Shown here: positions 1-10,873 of the stretch, piece by piece
Numbering within the stretch: the first letter of the stretch is position 1
How the letters are laid out: each line of letters starts with the position of its first letter
Virus record (IMG/VR): IMGVR_UViG_3300037010_003311
Span: 124,001-188,000 of that record
DNA: 64,000 bases
Direction: 5' to 3' (one strand)
Program-made: the position numbers and the translations under genes
The notes under the pieces: model-generated
Database searches by the model: none
Seen by the model: the letters and a program-made list of their open reading frames with translations, nothing else
What the model was told of the DNA's origin: nothing

Positions 1-1555
1 TTATGAGGGCTAATGTATATAATTTAACTGGTTGTACAATAGGGTCAAATATACTTGTTCCATACGGTGCATATTTATTAATTGGTGCTGAAAAGTTTAC
101 TAAGTGGTTACTAGATAAGAATCTAAATTTTAATTTAGATTTCTCTTTAATTTTATTATAAAGAATAGATTTAATACTATATAGAGAATCATCTGGTAAT
201 TTTAACTCATCAAAGTTAAAATTTTTATTCATTGTCTTAGAACGGCTTACTCGGATAATTTCTAAAATATTATCAGTAATAAACTTTGTCATTTTATCAA
301 TGGCTTCTTTGGTATTCTCTCTTCCATCTTTAGTTGCGTTAGTTTTACCATCAGATAGGAAACGTTTATAGACATCGATTTCATTAGATTCTTTAGAAGT
401 ACCATTATCTTCAATAATGATATAGCCATAAAGAATTGATTCGTCTTCAACTATAATAACTTTAGATGGATCAATACCGCGGAGCTGAATATCTTTTAGT
501 TTATCTATATCTAAATCTTCTAGATCTTCAAAATTGTAATCTTCATCCTCTGGGTTGGCATTGTTATCTGTACGGTATTGGTCATTCAAGAATGAAAATA
601 TATTATTCTCTTCTAGTAATACTTTTGGTTGGTTAGTTTTTAAAAAGGATTTTAATTTTAAACTGAAATCTGTTTCCGTAACGGCGCCACCATTCATACC
701 AACGAAAGCGTTTTCGAGCAGCATAGGTTCATCCCCACCATCAACATTAAAACCAATAGCTTCAAATTCAAAAAGATCTTTATAATATGCATGCTCTTTT
801 TTCAACTTTTCTGGAAAACTAGATTCCTGCAATAATTTGCTAGTATTAATAAAATTTTCTAGATTAGAAAAATTTACAATTTCCATAAAATAATTACCAT
901 ACTTTAATGTTTTGGGGATAATAAAATTCTTTAACTTGTTTTCTAATTCATAATAAGAAAACATGGTTTTTAAAAGATTTTCATAATGTTTTTTAATCTG
1001 AGTTTGTTCATCGCGAAAAACCATATTTGGATTATCACCAATAAATAAAAATCTTTTGGTCTGAATATTCTTCACGAAGATATTTTGGATATAAACATCC
1101 TGCATACGGAACGCTATATAATTCAAATCTGGAATTTCATCGTAAATCTGATAACGATCTTTTCTGTCACCACTTATAATGAAATCATTAAAATTACCAA
1201 GTAAGTTACTACTACTAGTGTTTAAAAATTCTCTAGTCTGATCTTCTTCTTTTGTAATATTTGCATTAGTAGTTAAACCATTGCTAGTGCGAATTTGTTG
1301 TATAGATTTACTAAAATCTTCTATTTCAAATCTCTGTACTTTATTAGCTACCGAGGAAAATGAACCATTATTCGATATGACATCTTCATAAACCGATTTT
1401 AACGACTTATCAATATTATCAATAAGTTTCATAGAGTTAAGGCTATTTAGTATAGTTTGATGGGTTGGTATTGGATTACCATTAGCATCAACACCACCAC
1501 CACCAACACCAACATCGCCCAAACTATCATCACTTCCCAAATCTCCAAAACCCAT
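1..1555 (-). CDS. Portal protein (T4 gp20-like), 3' end outside the window
   Basis: Not in the ORF track, apparently because the frame runs off the window. Both ends translated by hand in the same frame from ATG 1555: MGFGDLGSDD...DRKDRYQIYDEIPDLNYIAFRMQDVY... and ...KYAPYGTSIFDPIVQPVKLY. The R-Y-x-x-Y-D-E and PYGxS motifs are typical of gp20-like portals. Confidence 0.72.
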   Translation of the reverse strand, partial: MGFGDLGSDDSLGDVGVGGGGVDANGNPIPTHQTILNSLNSMKLIDNIDKSLKSVYEDVISNNGSFSSVANKVQRFEIEDFSKSIQQIRTSNGLTTNANITKEEDQTREFLNTSSSNLLGNFNDFIISGDRKDRYQIYDEIPDLNYIAFRMQDVYIQNIFVKNIQTKRFLFIGDNPNMVFRDEQTQIKKHYENLLKTMFSYYELENKLKNFIIPKTLKYGNYFMEIVNFSNLENFINTSKLLQESSFPEKLKKEHAYYKDLFEFEAIGFNVDGGDEPMLLENAFVGMNGGAVTETDFSLKLKSFLKTNQPKVLLEENNIFSFLNDQYRTDNNANPEDEDYNFEDLEDLDIDKLKDIQLRGIDPSKVIIVEDESILYGYIIIEDNGTSKESNEIDVYKRFLSDGKTNATKDGRENTKEAIDKMTKFITDNILEIIRVSRSKTMNKNFNFDELKLPDDSLYSIKSILYNKIKEKSKLKFRFLSSNHLVNFSAPINKYAPYGTSIFDPIVQPVKLYTLALI

Positions 1556-1559
1556 ATCA

Positions 1560-1988
1560 TCAGCTTCCCATAATCGCATCAATCATCCTTCTATTTATTT
1601 TTGCACTAGCTGTACCATTTGTATTATCTTTAAAATGCTCCATACTTTTATTGAATAGAGTTAAAAAGGTTTGGTGTATATATAATTGTAAGCCAGCTTT
1701 CGTATATACTTGTGCTAGGTTATCGATCAGTCTTTCATTAAGACTTGTACTAACATCAACAAAAAACCGTTGTTTAATCTCACTTAATACATTCTGGCTG
1801 ATATCTCGATCCATAATAATATTGGCTAAAAAATCATTCAATAAATAAAATTCAAACTTAGTCTTTAAATATCTATCAAAAAACTGCAAACTATTTTGAA
1901 GACTGGTATCGAATATCATACCCTCATGATATGGTAGCGGTTGAGGTTTGGCTCGATTAGAACCCCAAATTTTTTTAAAAAATTCCAT
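1560..1988 (-). CDS. Hypothetical protein
   Basis: 142-aa ORF with AAGGT RBS, packed in the operon before the portal. Confidence 0.7.
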   Translation of the reverse strand: MEFFKKIWGSNRAKPQPLPYHEGMIFDTSLQNSLQFFDRYLKTKFEFYLLNDFLANIIMDRDISQNVLSEIKQRFFVDVSTSLNERLIDNLAQVYTKAGLQLYIHQTFLTLFNKSMEHFKDNTNGTASAKINRRMIDAIMGS

Positions 1989-2005
1989 TAAAATTACCTT
2001 TTGTA

Positions 2006-2314
2006 TTAGTTGAATAATTTATCTACATCTAATGAAGCTATAGTAAAACTATTATGTATGTTGAAGTTTTTTTGGTTGCTTATACTACCGGTACCACCTA
2101 CCGTAGTTTCGGTGGTTGCGTCCAACAATGTAACTTCATCTAGTTCATCTAGTTCGTTTAGTGGACTAATCTCATTAATCTGTTCGTTTAACTTTGTTTC
2201 AAAATTATCAGATTCCTGATCTCTGAAATCATAATTATCTACTATTTCATCTTCGAAATCATCTAGGCCCTGTAGGTCATCATCGAAATCCATTACTTTT
2301 ATTCTCTCTTTCAT
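2006..2314 (-). CDS. Acidic hypothetical protein
   Basis: 102-aa D/E-rich ORF filling the operon gap. Confidence 0.6.
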   Translation of the reverse strand: MKERIKVMDFDDDLQGLDDFEDEIVDNYDFRDQESDNFETKLNEQINEISPLNELDELDEVTLLDATTETTVGGTGSISNQKNFNIHNSFTIASLDVDKLFN

Positions 2315-2325
2315 TTTAAATTTAT

Positions 2326-3576
2326 TTATATAAATAAAGTTTGCTTCTTTATATCCTTACTAATCGCCACCAGATTATTAATACTATCTTTCTCAGCTGG
2401 CCCATTAGGAATATTACTAGTATCTTTACTCATATCCGTAGCTCCACCAATACTAAAAATAATATCAGAAGGATCGGTCATACTATAATCTTTCATTTTA
2501 CCTTGTGCAAATCCATCATTGATTGGAACAATAACTAAACGAACATCAACGTTAAGTGGTTCATCATACTTATTATAAATAGTTTCTACCCCACCTCTTG
2601 TAATATTAATGGCATTTATAATACCATATTTAATATGCATAATACCATAAGCGTTCACATTCCAAATCATTGGATAACCATAGGTAAGACCATCGAAAGT
2701 AACTGGTGCGGCCGCTCGCAAAAGTATCTCTAATGGATCCTTAATATATTGTTGGATACTATCAGGATCACCACTCGGAGAAACTAGTTTAATATTTAAA
2801 TTTAGAGTACTACTATAATCAGTATTCGACCAAACTTTAGGTAGTTCAATTTTGACACCTTGTACTAAACCAGATAATGCCCCAAGTAAACCAAACTTGC
2901 CCTGTATTGCCAGCATACTTATACCAGCGTCTGATGTATATGATTTATACATCCCAGTTAGTAAACCCGCGGCTTGACCAACCGATGATTGGCTAATACT
3001 GTTACCAATTCCTTCAGCATACGCCTGTATCTTATTTTTTTCAGTATGATTAGAAATAACTTCGTTTGCTGTACCATCAGTTGTACCAAATACCATAAAC
3101 CCATTTCCAAGCGCTTTAAAGTTTGGAGGGTCTTTTAAGGTGCGGCCAAGATTTAGTAAATATGACCATTGATTTGTAGCTTTAAATGAAGTAACGGTTA
3201 GTGTAGCTATACCAGATGTGGTCTCCTCCAATTTGGTGATACTATCCGAAAACTTTTGCGTCCAACTTTCGCCGTCATTCTTTGCACTATTAGCTAGTGC
3301 GTCATATAAGTTCTTTATGAGTTCGGTTAAATCGGTTATAGTTTTACTTATAGCTTGCTCAGTGGTATTGTCTTTACCATCTGTTAAGGTTTTACCAATA
3401 TCAACCAGGTCCCCAAGCAAACCACCAGCATTCATTTTATAACCGGTTGGTATAAATTCTATCATCGATAAATTTTTTAATAGTCGGTTAGTGTAGAGGC
3501 CAGCTTTGCCGGCTTCAGGTAAAATTGAGTCATTATACCCTGGCATTTTACCTATTACATATTTACCATTTGCCAT
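2326..3576 (-). CDS. Putative baseplate hub / tail-tube initiator protein
   Basis: Directly follows the tape measure gene; strong AGGAG RBS; beta-rich C-terminal half (PKVWSNTDYS...IINAINITRG...PLNVDVRLVI) resembles tube-fold baseplate proteins. Function inferred from position. Confidence 0.45.
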   Translation of the reverse strand: MANGKYVIGKMPGYNDSILPEAGKAGLYTNRLLKNLSMIEFIPTGYKMNAGGLLGDLVDIGKTLTDGKDNTTEQAISKTITDLTELIKNLYDALANSAKNDGESWTQKFSDSITKLEETTSGIATLTVTSFKATNQWSYLLNLGRTLKDPPNFKALGNGFMVFGTTDGTANEVISNHTEKNKIQAYAEGIGNSISQSSVGQAAGLLTGMYKSYTSDAGISMLAIQGKFGLLGALSGLVQGVKIELPKVWSNTDYSSTLNLNIKLVSPSGDPDSIQQYIKDPLEILLRAAAPVTFDGLTYGYPMIWNVNAYGIMHIKYGIINAINITRGGVETIYNKYDEPLNVDVRLVIVPINDGFAQGKMKDYSMTDPSDIIFSIGGATDMSKDTSNIPNGPAEKDSINNLVAISKDIKKQTLFI

Positions 3577-3587
3577 GATATCTCCTT

Positions 3588-6500
3588 TTAATGTTTTGTA
3601 TACAATGGTGCAAATTGTACATCTTTAAATTTAGGATAACTATAAACCTTTTCAATGTAATCCCATAATGTTTCAGAATTCTTTTGATTATTTTTAATCT
3701 GTTCAAGCTGTTGGGCTAAAACATTTAATCCTTGGTTTGCGGTGTTTGCTGCAGCCAGGGCAACAGCATTCGACTGCTCTAGCAATTGGTTGCTAGCCTT
3801 TAATTGTTCATTATGTGTTTTCAATTGTGCCATAGTTTCTTCATGTTGTGCTTTAACCTGTTTATGCGAATCAACTACCGCTTTTTTAACTTTATCAACC
3901 CCTGAACTTGTTGTATCAGTCGCACTAGTTCCACTACCATTACCAGAAATACTAGTAACTAAAGAATCTATAGTTGATGTTGTGGTTTTAATCGCATCAT
4001 CGGTTGCTTTAGCTTGAGCAGTTACTCCACCTTCTATATAACTACCAGTTAAATTTAAAATGGTATTGCTTATTATTTTATCGAGTGCGGCATCTAAATC
4101 ACCACTAGAATAATGGCTCTTAAATGGCACATGTTTTTTCAGTTGAGCTCGTAAATCATTGATTTCTGCTCTTGTAATTTTTCCATCGGCTGACGCCTTT
4201 TTATACCACGGCCCAGTTACTCCATTCATATAATTGTATTCTGAAGTTAAATATTGTTGAAGGGATTTAATCTTTTTATCTGATTGATTAGAGGTTACAA
4301 AATTTTTTAAAGATGCTGGCATATTAGAAAAATAGTTTTGTTCCCAAAAATCTTCTTGTATTTTGCCAACCCCTTTCATATTTAATAATTGTTTTAACCA
4401 GGCTCGTTGGGAGTTAGATAAAACTTTACCATTTTTTGCAGCATCTACCGCATCATCTATTAATGATTTATGTTGTATATAAAATGAGTCGTTTTGAATA
4501 CTTTTATCTGCTAAAATTTTATCTAATACTTGTCCAGCCACTCCAGCTTTTCTATCAAATTGGTAGGCACCTATAGCATTTAAAGTGCCTTTATCATCCC
4601 CCGATTCATTATAGCGAATGTTTCCATAATCGGCATTTGCTGTTCCAGTTTCTCGTAAATGTAATATCGATTTAAAATCACCTTTACCAAATTGTGCAGT
4701 AAATTGATCAATTCTCTTGCCACTGACTACAGCATCTGTATTCGTTTGCCCAGTACCTAAACCGGCTGCATCTTTTATAGTAGATGATATCTGTTCACCC
4801 ATATAGGTTATAACTTTACCGAGTGATAAAAATGGACCAAATATAACTGAACCAAGAATACCACCAATCAACATACCAATAATACTATCTTCCCCAAAAA
4901 TCATACTTGATACTTTCATACCCTCTTTTACACCAGGCATATTTTCTTTAAGCCAACCACCAGTTTTTTTAGCAGCTCCTTTAAAATCAAAATTGCTAAT
5001 AGCTTTAGAAATTTTTACTATACCAGCTTCTGCATAATTACCTAAGATACCACCAATACCTGCTCCAAGTACTGATCCAAGACCTGGCAGTAAGTATGTA
5101 CCAAGTATACCACCAACTCCAGCTCCAATAGTAATTCCTAGATTATTTTTTACCATATTACTAATAGCTTCCCAAGTGGTAGCTTCAGAACCATCACTAT
5201 TAGTTTCAAATTGTTTAAACCAGTCTTGGAATTTATCTTGCGCTAATTTACCAATCATTGATCCTACCATCATGCCCGGATAACCACCAATTGCAAAACC
5301 TGCTGCACCACCAAGTATTGAACCAGCGTCTTTAATTAGGTTCCCACTAACCGATTTTATTTTATCTAAAAAGCTACGGTCTTTACCAGTCTTTGGATCA
5401 GTATCTGGTTCCATTAAATAACCAAGTACAGCATCACCACCAAGAGCTAGTAACCCAGCTTTACCCATACCAGCAACCTTACCACCAAGATATGAATTAG
5501 CAGATACGGCAGCTCTACCTGCCGCCCTACCCGCTTCTTTTAAAGTCGCTTTAGTATTAGTACGGACTTGTTTAAACCAGTTCCCTTTTTCTTTATGTTC
5601 CTCTAGCTTTTTAACATTTTCTCCATGCGCGGATGCTGCTTCACTCATTTTAGCTTTAGCTTCATTTAACTGAACATTGGCATCAAATATTGCTTGCTGT
5701 TTAGCTTCCTTAGCTGCTTTACTTTTAGCTTCGGTTGCATTAACCCTATCCAGATGGTCTTGTGCACTATTAATCGCGTCCATCTTACCTTTTAAATGTT
5801 CTTTAGTTTTATCGGCTTCTGCTTTAAGAGTAGCTTCTTTAATATGTCTGGCATTAACCATATCCATAATGGAGCCACCAAAATTTTTAAGACCTGGTAT
5901 TTTATTAACTAGGAAAGATGCAGTCTTACCAACAACGGCAGCTAGAATCATACCAGATACCGCAAGATGACCCCTCACCATGTCGGTTAATGATTTATAT
6001 TTATCATTCATTTTAGATAAAGCCGCAGCCAGCCCGAAAGCACCAAGCATTAAAGGCATTGATGTTAAGAAATTATCATCACCTCGTTCTTTCTTAGTCT
6101 TTGGATCGAGAAAACTAGCTATTCTAGCTAACCAGCGGATCTGTTCAGTTTGAGCCGTATTATTTTTCTTTAATTCCTCGGTCTGAGCTTCTTCATTTAT
6201 AAAAGCTTTAGCTTGAGCATCCTTTTGTTCTTGTGCTTGGGCTTTCTGTAAGTCAGTTTCATTCCCCCCAGCTAGACCTAGATGGTTGCGGCGATCAGCT
6301 TCTAAGAATGAAACCATCTCTGGAAATTTAGAAACTTGCCATTTAGGAATAACATGTTCGTCTTCGTGGACTACCCCAACTGGTTTTTCACCAGAGCTAT
6401 CAGGTTTAGTACCAGGTTTTGCTTTACCAGTATCACCCCCATCATTAAAACCTCTTCCGCCAGAGGCCATATGTGCCATAAGGGGATCAAATTCGTTTAC

Positions 6501-8573
6501 TAAATCCCGAATATGATTAAAATTATTATAAGCATATTCTCTAGATCTACTTACCGCGCGCCTACCAGCTAATTGTTCAAAGATCATACCCATAGTACTA
6601 TTTGGGAGGGTTTGACCTAACTCTCGTCTAAGTTTATCTTTAATAGTTTTATTACGAGCTCGTATTTCGTCAGCTGTCATAAGTTTACCGCTGAACTCGT
6701 CCATTGTTCTATCTTCGTCAGCTTGGAAAACACCAAGTTTATTACCGCGGCGTTGACGCTTAGATTCCATCTCAGCTAGGAATTTTAAATAATGGGCCTG
6801 TTCCGCATTATAGTTAACTAGTTTAGTAACTTGGTTAACGAAGTCCCCACTTAAGTAACTAGACATTAAATCAGATTTACTTAAACGATTTGCTCCAATA
6901 GCTGTGCGTAAGGTTCCTTCATCTTGTTCAGGATTAGAGTAAGTACTAGCCATATAGTTCTTGAGTTCTTTTTTTGCTCTATTCCAAAACGAGTCCGTCG
7001 GGTTACCGTCGCTGTCTACACCTTTCCAAGCATTATGTATATTCTTTATCCCTTTCCGACCCATTTTAAAGCCGCCAGATAGCGTATGCCATCCAGGAAT
7101 ATAACCAAGCATTTCATCTAAACCTTGCCATAACGATTCGAATGGCATATCTGGGTGGTCTTCTTCTTGTAAGGTTCTCTTTAAAAGATCTCCGGCATGA
7201 CCAGGTCTAGCTATACCAAAACCATCTTTACGAATACTTAATAATTCGTGACCAAGATACCTAATACCCTCATACATACCAGCAGCGAGCGAAATAGATT
7301 TAGAATAGTAAGAATCACTCGATTGAAGCACTTGGGCAGCACTAGTATGTAAAAGATCAGTAAATGCTACACTTATACTAAATTTTTCACTAAACTCTTG
7401 CTTAGCGTCCATTTCATGACGTTTACGATTTGCCCTATTAAATAACTCAACGCTACTTTTACCAGACAAAGTATTACCAATTTGATCACCAATAGATACT
7501 ACTGATTTAAGGTTTTGCCCAAATTGTGCAAAGCTTTGAGCAGCTTTCTGTAACATGTTTGGTGCCCGGCGAGTACCTTTTTGGTTATATATAGCAGCAT
7601 AACCATCTTCGCCAAACTTTTCGGAAGCTACATTTTGACCAGAGTTTGCTCCACCAACATCCTTATATTCTCTAGCATTAATAACTTCCTCAGCCATCGG
7701 TGCCAATACGCTTGTATGGCTCTCGATTAGCATTAAGACGTTAACCATTAAAGCTTCAGCTGGTGTTAATTGGCCTAACCCTTGGAGCAACCGTAATTGG
7801 CCTTGGATCTGAATCATATTACTATGTTGAATTTCTAACTGCATACCATTATGCAGTTGCATATTAGTATTAGCTGTAAACCGCTTAATATTATATGAAC
7901 CAGCGGCATCCATCATTTTAGACAGTTTACCCCCAGCCATATTAAGGGCCATCATAGTCATAATACCCATCAGTGCTGGTGGCATACTGCCAAGTAGTGC
8001 GCCTTTTGTTCCAGCACCTAAGAGAGAACCTATATTACCAGCTCCACCCATCATACCAGCGGAGAACATACCTAGGCCCTTGCCACCCGACATAGCACCC
8101 ATAAGGGTAAGTGGACTAACATCATGTAAAATATCTGGCATATAACCTAGAGCACCAGCTGCTTTAATAGCTGCACCAGTCGTCCCAATAGACTTACCAA
8201 TGTTAATTAAACCCATATTAGATAAAGCAGCTATATCTCCACCGGAATTTTGATAGCCTACTCTAGAACGGAGAGTAGCAATAGTCTTAATGTTTGCTTG
8301 GTTTTGTTGTTGTGTTTTATAACCGGTTGCCAAATCTCTTAAAGCTGTTGCCCCCATACCAACTGCACCCATATGTTGCATTATTGGACTACTGGTAGCA
8401 TTAGCAACTCCGGGTAATGCTGAATGGCCCATAGCGGAAAGCATTTTAAGCAGACTTAATTTTTGAGCAAGTGAACCCGCACTATCCATAATTGTAGAAG
8501 CTATTTTGCTCTCTTCCATCTCGCGTAACTCGCGCTCATATCGAGCACGTATTTCGTCTATATTTTGGCTCAT
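3588..8573 (-). CDS. Tail tape measure protein with C-terminal lysozyme-like domain
   Basis: 1661 aa with Ala/Gly-rich amphipathic and coiled-coil stretches, the GG-x-TG...GVVHEDEHVIP motif common in tape measure proteins, and a LRET...GAYQF lysozyme-like motif near the C-terminus. Confidence 0.8.
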   Translation of the reverse strand: MSQNIDEIRARYERELREMEESKIASTIMDSAGSLAQKLSLLKMLSAMGHSALPGVANATSSPIMQHMGAVGMGATALRDLATGYKTQQQNQANIKTIATLRSRVGYQNSGGDIAALSNMGLINIGKSIGTTGAAIKAAGALGYMPDILHDVSPLTLMGAMSGGKGLGMFSAGMMGGAGNIGSLLGAGTKGALLGSMPPALMGIMTMMALNMAGGKLSKMMDAAGSYNIKRFTANTNMQLHNGMQLEIQHSNMIQIQGQLRLLQGLGQLTPAEALMVNVLMLIESHTSVLAPMAEEVINAREYKDVGGANSGQNVASEKFGEDGYAAIYNQKGTRRAPNMLQKAAQSFAQFGQNLKSVVSIGDQIGNTLSGKSSVELFNRANRKRHEMDAKQEFSEKFSISVAFTDLLHTSAAQVLQSSDSYYSKSISLAAGMYEGIRYLGHELLSIRKDGFGIARPGHAGDLLKRTLQEEDHPDMPFESLWQGLDEMLGYIPGWHTLSGGFKMGRKGIKNIHNAWKGVDSDGNPTDSFWNRAKKELKNYMASTYSNPEQDEGTLRTAIGANRLSKSDLMSSYLSGDFVNQVTKLVNYNAEQAHYLKFLAEMESKRQRRGNKLGVFQADEDRTMDEFSGKLMTADEIRARNKTIKDKLRRELGQTLPNSTMGMIFEQLAGRRAVSRSREYAYNNFNHIRDLVNEFDPLMAHMASGGRGFNDGGDTGKAKPGTKPDSSGEKPVGVVHEDEHVIPKWQVSKFPEMVSFLEADRRNHLGLAGGNETDLQKAQAQEQKDAQAKAFINEEAQTEELKKNNTAQTEQIRWLARIASFLDPKTKKERGDDNFLTSMPLMLGAFGLAAALSKMNDKYKSLTDMVRGHLAVSGMILAAVVGKTASFLVNKIPGLKNFGGSIMDMVNARHIKEATLKAEADKTKEHLKGKMDAINSAQDHLDRVNATEAKSKAAKEAKQQAIFDANVQLNEAKAKMSEAASAHGENVKKLEEHKEKGNWFKQVRTNTKATLKEAGRAAGRAAVSANSYLGGKVAGMGKAGLLALGGDAVLGYLMEPDTDPKTGKDRSFLDKIKSVSGNLIKDAGSILGGAAGFAIGGYPGMMVGSMIGKLAQDKFQDWFKQFETNSDGSEATTWEAISNMVKNNLGITIGAGVGGILGTYLLPGLGSVLGAGIGGILGNYAEAGIVKISKAISNFDFKGAAKKTGGWLKENMPGVKEGMKVSSMIFGEDSIIGMLIGGILGSVIFGPFLSLGKVITYMGEQISSTIKDAAGLGTGQTNTDAVVSGKRIDQFTAQFGKGDFKSILHLRETGTANADYGNIRYNESGDDKGTLNAIGAYQFDRKAGVAGQVLDKILADKSIQNDSFYIQHKSLIDDAVDAAKNGKVLSNSQRAWLKQLLNMKGVGKIQEDFWEQNYFSNMPASLKNFVTSNQSDKKIKSLQQYLTSEYNYMNGVTGPWYKKASADGKITRAEINDLRAQLKKHVPFKSHYSSGDLDAALDKIISNTILNLTGSYIEGGVTAQAKATDDAIKTTTSTIDSLVTSISGNGSGTSATDTTSSGVDKVKKAVVDSHKQVKAQHEETMAQLKTHNEQLKASNQLLEQSNAVALAAANTANQGLNVLAQQLEQIKNNQKNSETLWDYIEKVYSYPKFKDVQFAPLYTKH

Positions 8574-8601
8574 ACTACCTCTTTAAAAAAATTTTTTTAA
8601 C

Positions 8602-8679
8602 TTTTATTTCAAAAGTTTCTAGAAATCCTATAGCTTCAAAGCTATAAAAACATGTGTAATATAGAAATATACCTCTATG
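8602..8679. repeat. Left arm of 78-bp inverted repeat flanking terminase
   Basis: Reverse complement matches 10874-10951 at 70/78 positions (manual alignment). Confidence 0.9.
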
Positions 8680-8734
8680 ATTGCAATTATCTCTAAGCAG
8701 CTATAAAAAATATTTCTAATATGATCGAAATTTT

Positions 8735-10660
8735 TTACATAATAATAAAGCTATTGAAATCGAAATCTTTGCTCGAACTTTTATTACGCTTAGCATCAAT
8801 TTTTTCAGCATGTGTTAGAGCTGAATCATCAGACTCATATATAATTTTATTTGCTCTGGATTTAACAACCAGGTTTTCATCTCTAGTTATAAGAGAGATA
8901 GATAAATAATCTTTTATATTTGCTGGGTTAAGCCCATATACTAATTGATTTTCTTCGATCTGTAAAATATTTTTCTTAATATTATATTTTCTTACCCAGA
9001 GTGTGAATCCGTAAGCTAAAACAACGTCATCATGTGAATTCTTACCTGCTTCGATTCTACCATTACGTTTATTCTCTAGGGTCCTAAGATCTTCTATTAA
9101 TAAGTCACCATGTATATATTCTGGATAAGTATTAACCATATACATAATTTCATTAAACATTTCATCCCGTTTACCACTACCTATATTTCCAGAATTGCTA
9201 GTATAGAAGCCATATACTATATCATCAGTATCACCAATGTGTTCTTTATACATATACTCGGAATAATCGAAAGCATCATATAATGGATCGGTATATAATA
9301 ATTCTTCTACTACTTCTTTACCAATACTATTTCTTTCGATAATAACTAAAAGATTCATTGGTGAAAGCTTATATTCAAGCGTTAAACCTTTAATACAACT
9401 TTTAAGTAGAGCCGCAAAACGTTTAACTACTGAAAACTTACCCTTCCATTCACCAACTTGTTGCCCAGATCTGGCATCTATTAAAACTAGAGCACTGAAA
9501 TCCGAATGTGGTCCAGCCGACATAGCGGTATCCACCCCTAGATAATATATTCCAAAAGGATCTAGTGGGGCAAATAGTTTAAATTTATTACCAAATGGTA
9601 ACACTAGTTCACTATCTGGTGTCTTAGCTATAAGTTTCATAATAACTTCATCTTCGAATAACGAAGTAGTTGAACCAAGGAAGTTAAGGTCAAGCTCTTG
9701 GTTAATTTTTCTGGTATCGAAGTTAAGTTCGCGTTTTTGTTCTTCATACCATTCTTGTGATCTAAATTCCGACCAATGTAATCTAAGACTAATGAAGTTA
9801 TTTCTTGACTTATCCCCTAACTCATCCATATAAGTTGGATATAGTTCTTTATTTTCATAATCGTATATATTATCAAAATGGGTACTGTTCTGATATATAT
9901 TATGGAAAAAGTTATCGCCGGCACCATTTGGAGTACTAGTAAATATAATACCATTTGGATAACCAAATTTTTTAGCAAAAATCTTAGCCGCAGAAATAGA
10001 TGGTTGCATAGCACCCCATACAGTTTGGGCATGTGGGATAAAAGCAGTTTCATCTATAAATACTAAGGGATTAGAAAGACCCCGACCTACCTTATCTGGA
10101 TCATTACTACCCGAAACAAAGCTAGCGGATATCTTACTACCATTCTTTAATTGTAAATAAGTTAACCTTTCCGCACTATTAGCATTTGGTACTTGTAACC
10201 AGATTGGTAAAGAATCCATCATCTCTTTCATACGGGAAATCATATCCAAAGCTCTCGTCTTATCCAGTGTTAAATAAGAAATTTGTAGTTTAGGGTAGAA
10301 TATCATACAATATAGTAAATAGAGGGCAGAAGTAGTTGTTTTACCTGATTGACGAGAACTCATATAAAGTACAGCATCATGCTGGTGAAACAGTTCTATT
10401 AATATTCTATACTTATTAGTGGAATTCCATTGTTCGGATTCCGCCATTGGAATACGTCCACCTGGTACCGGAATACTAATATAGTTTTCTATAAAATATA
10501 ATGGTGACATTTTACATTTGAACCATTCAATAGTTCTTTCATATGGGTTAAATGAATTTTTTTGTTTTTCAGTTAAGTAAGTATGTACTGGTAATGTATC
10601 AGTAGATTCTATAATTATTTCTGGATTAACGATTGAACGAATATCCTGTTTTCCAGACAT
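8735..10660 (-). CDS. terL: Terminase large subunit (T4 gp17-like)
   Basis: KCKMSPLYFIENY, Walker A SRQSGKTT, Walker B VFIDETAF, coupling motif TSTPNG, nuclease motifs LGVDTA and HDDVV. Confidence 0.95.
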   Translation of the reverse strand: MSGKQDIRSIVNPEIIIESTDTLPVHTYLTEKQKNSFNPYERTIEWFKCKMSPLYFIENYISIPVPGGRIPMAESEQWNSTNKYRILIELFHQHDAVLYMSSRQSGKTTTSALYLLYCMIFYPKLQISYLTLDKTRALDMISRMKEMMDSLPIWLQVPNANSAERLTYLQLKNGSKISASFVSGSNDPDKVGRGLSNPLVFIDETAFIPHAQTVWGAMQPSISAAKIFAKKFGYPNGIIFTSTPNGAGDNFFHNIYQNSTHFDNIYDYENKELYPTYMDELGDKSRNNFISLRLHWSEFRSQEWYEEQKRELNFDTRKINQELDLNFLGSTTSLFEDEVIMKLIAKTPDSELVLPFGNKFKLFAPLDPFGIYYLGVDTAMSAGPHSDFSALVLIDARSGQQVGEWKGKFSVVKRFAALLKSCIKGLTLEYKLSPMNLLVIIERNSIGKEVVEELLYTDPLYDAFDYSEYMYKEHIGDTDDIVYGFYTSNSGNIGSGKRDEMFNEIMYMVNTYPEYIHGDLLIEDLRTLENKRNGRIEAGKNSHDDVVLAYGFTLWVRKYNIKKNILQIEENQLVYGLNPANIKDYLSISLITRDENLVVKSRANKIIYESDDSALTHAEKIDAKRNKSSSKDFDFNSFIIM

Positions 10661-10695
10661 CTGTATTCCTTATAATTTTTAATTATTTTTATACC

Positions 10696-10702
10696 ATTTG
10701 TT
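10696..10702 (-). promoter_or_regulatory. AACAAAT candidate late-promoter motif (also 22185-22191, 26705-26711, 27619-27625, 38035-38041, 42622-42628)
   Basis: Same heptamer found 25-98 nt upstream of five virion/packaging genes and one hairpin RNA. Confidence 0.5.
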
Positions 10703-10751
10703 AAAAATATGTACTTTAGTATCGATTTTAGTTACATGCAACTAAGCTCAT

Positions 10752-10782
10752 ATGGGCTTACGAGCACCACTCGTAAGCCCAT
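10752..10782. other. 13-bp perfect hairpin upstream of terminase
   Basis: ATGGGCTTACGAG-cacca-CTCGTAAGCCCAT; no clear U tract, role unknown. Confidence 0.6.
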
Positions 10783-10873
10783 CTAAAGCAAAAATTCCAA
10801 GCACCCTCAACTAGTATAAAAAAATCAGTCGTTTATAAGTGATAAAAAATCTAACCTTAGCTATAATCCTAAA

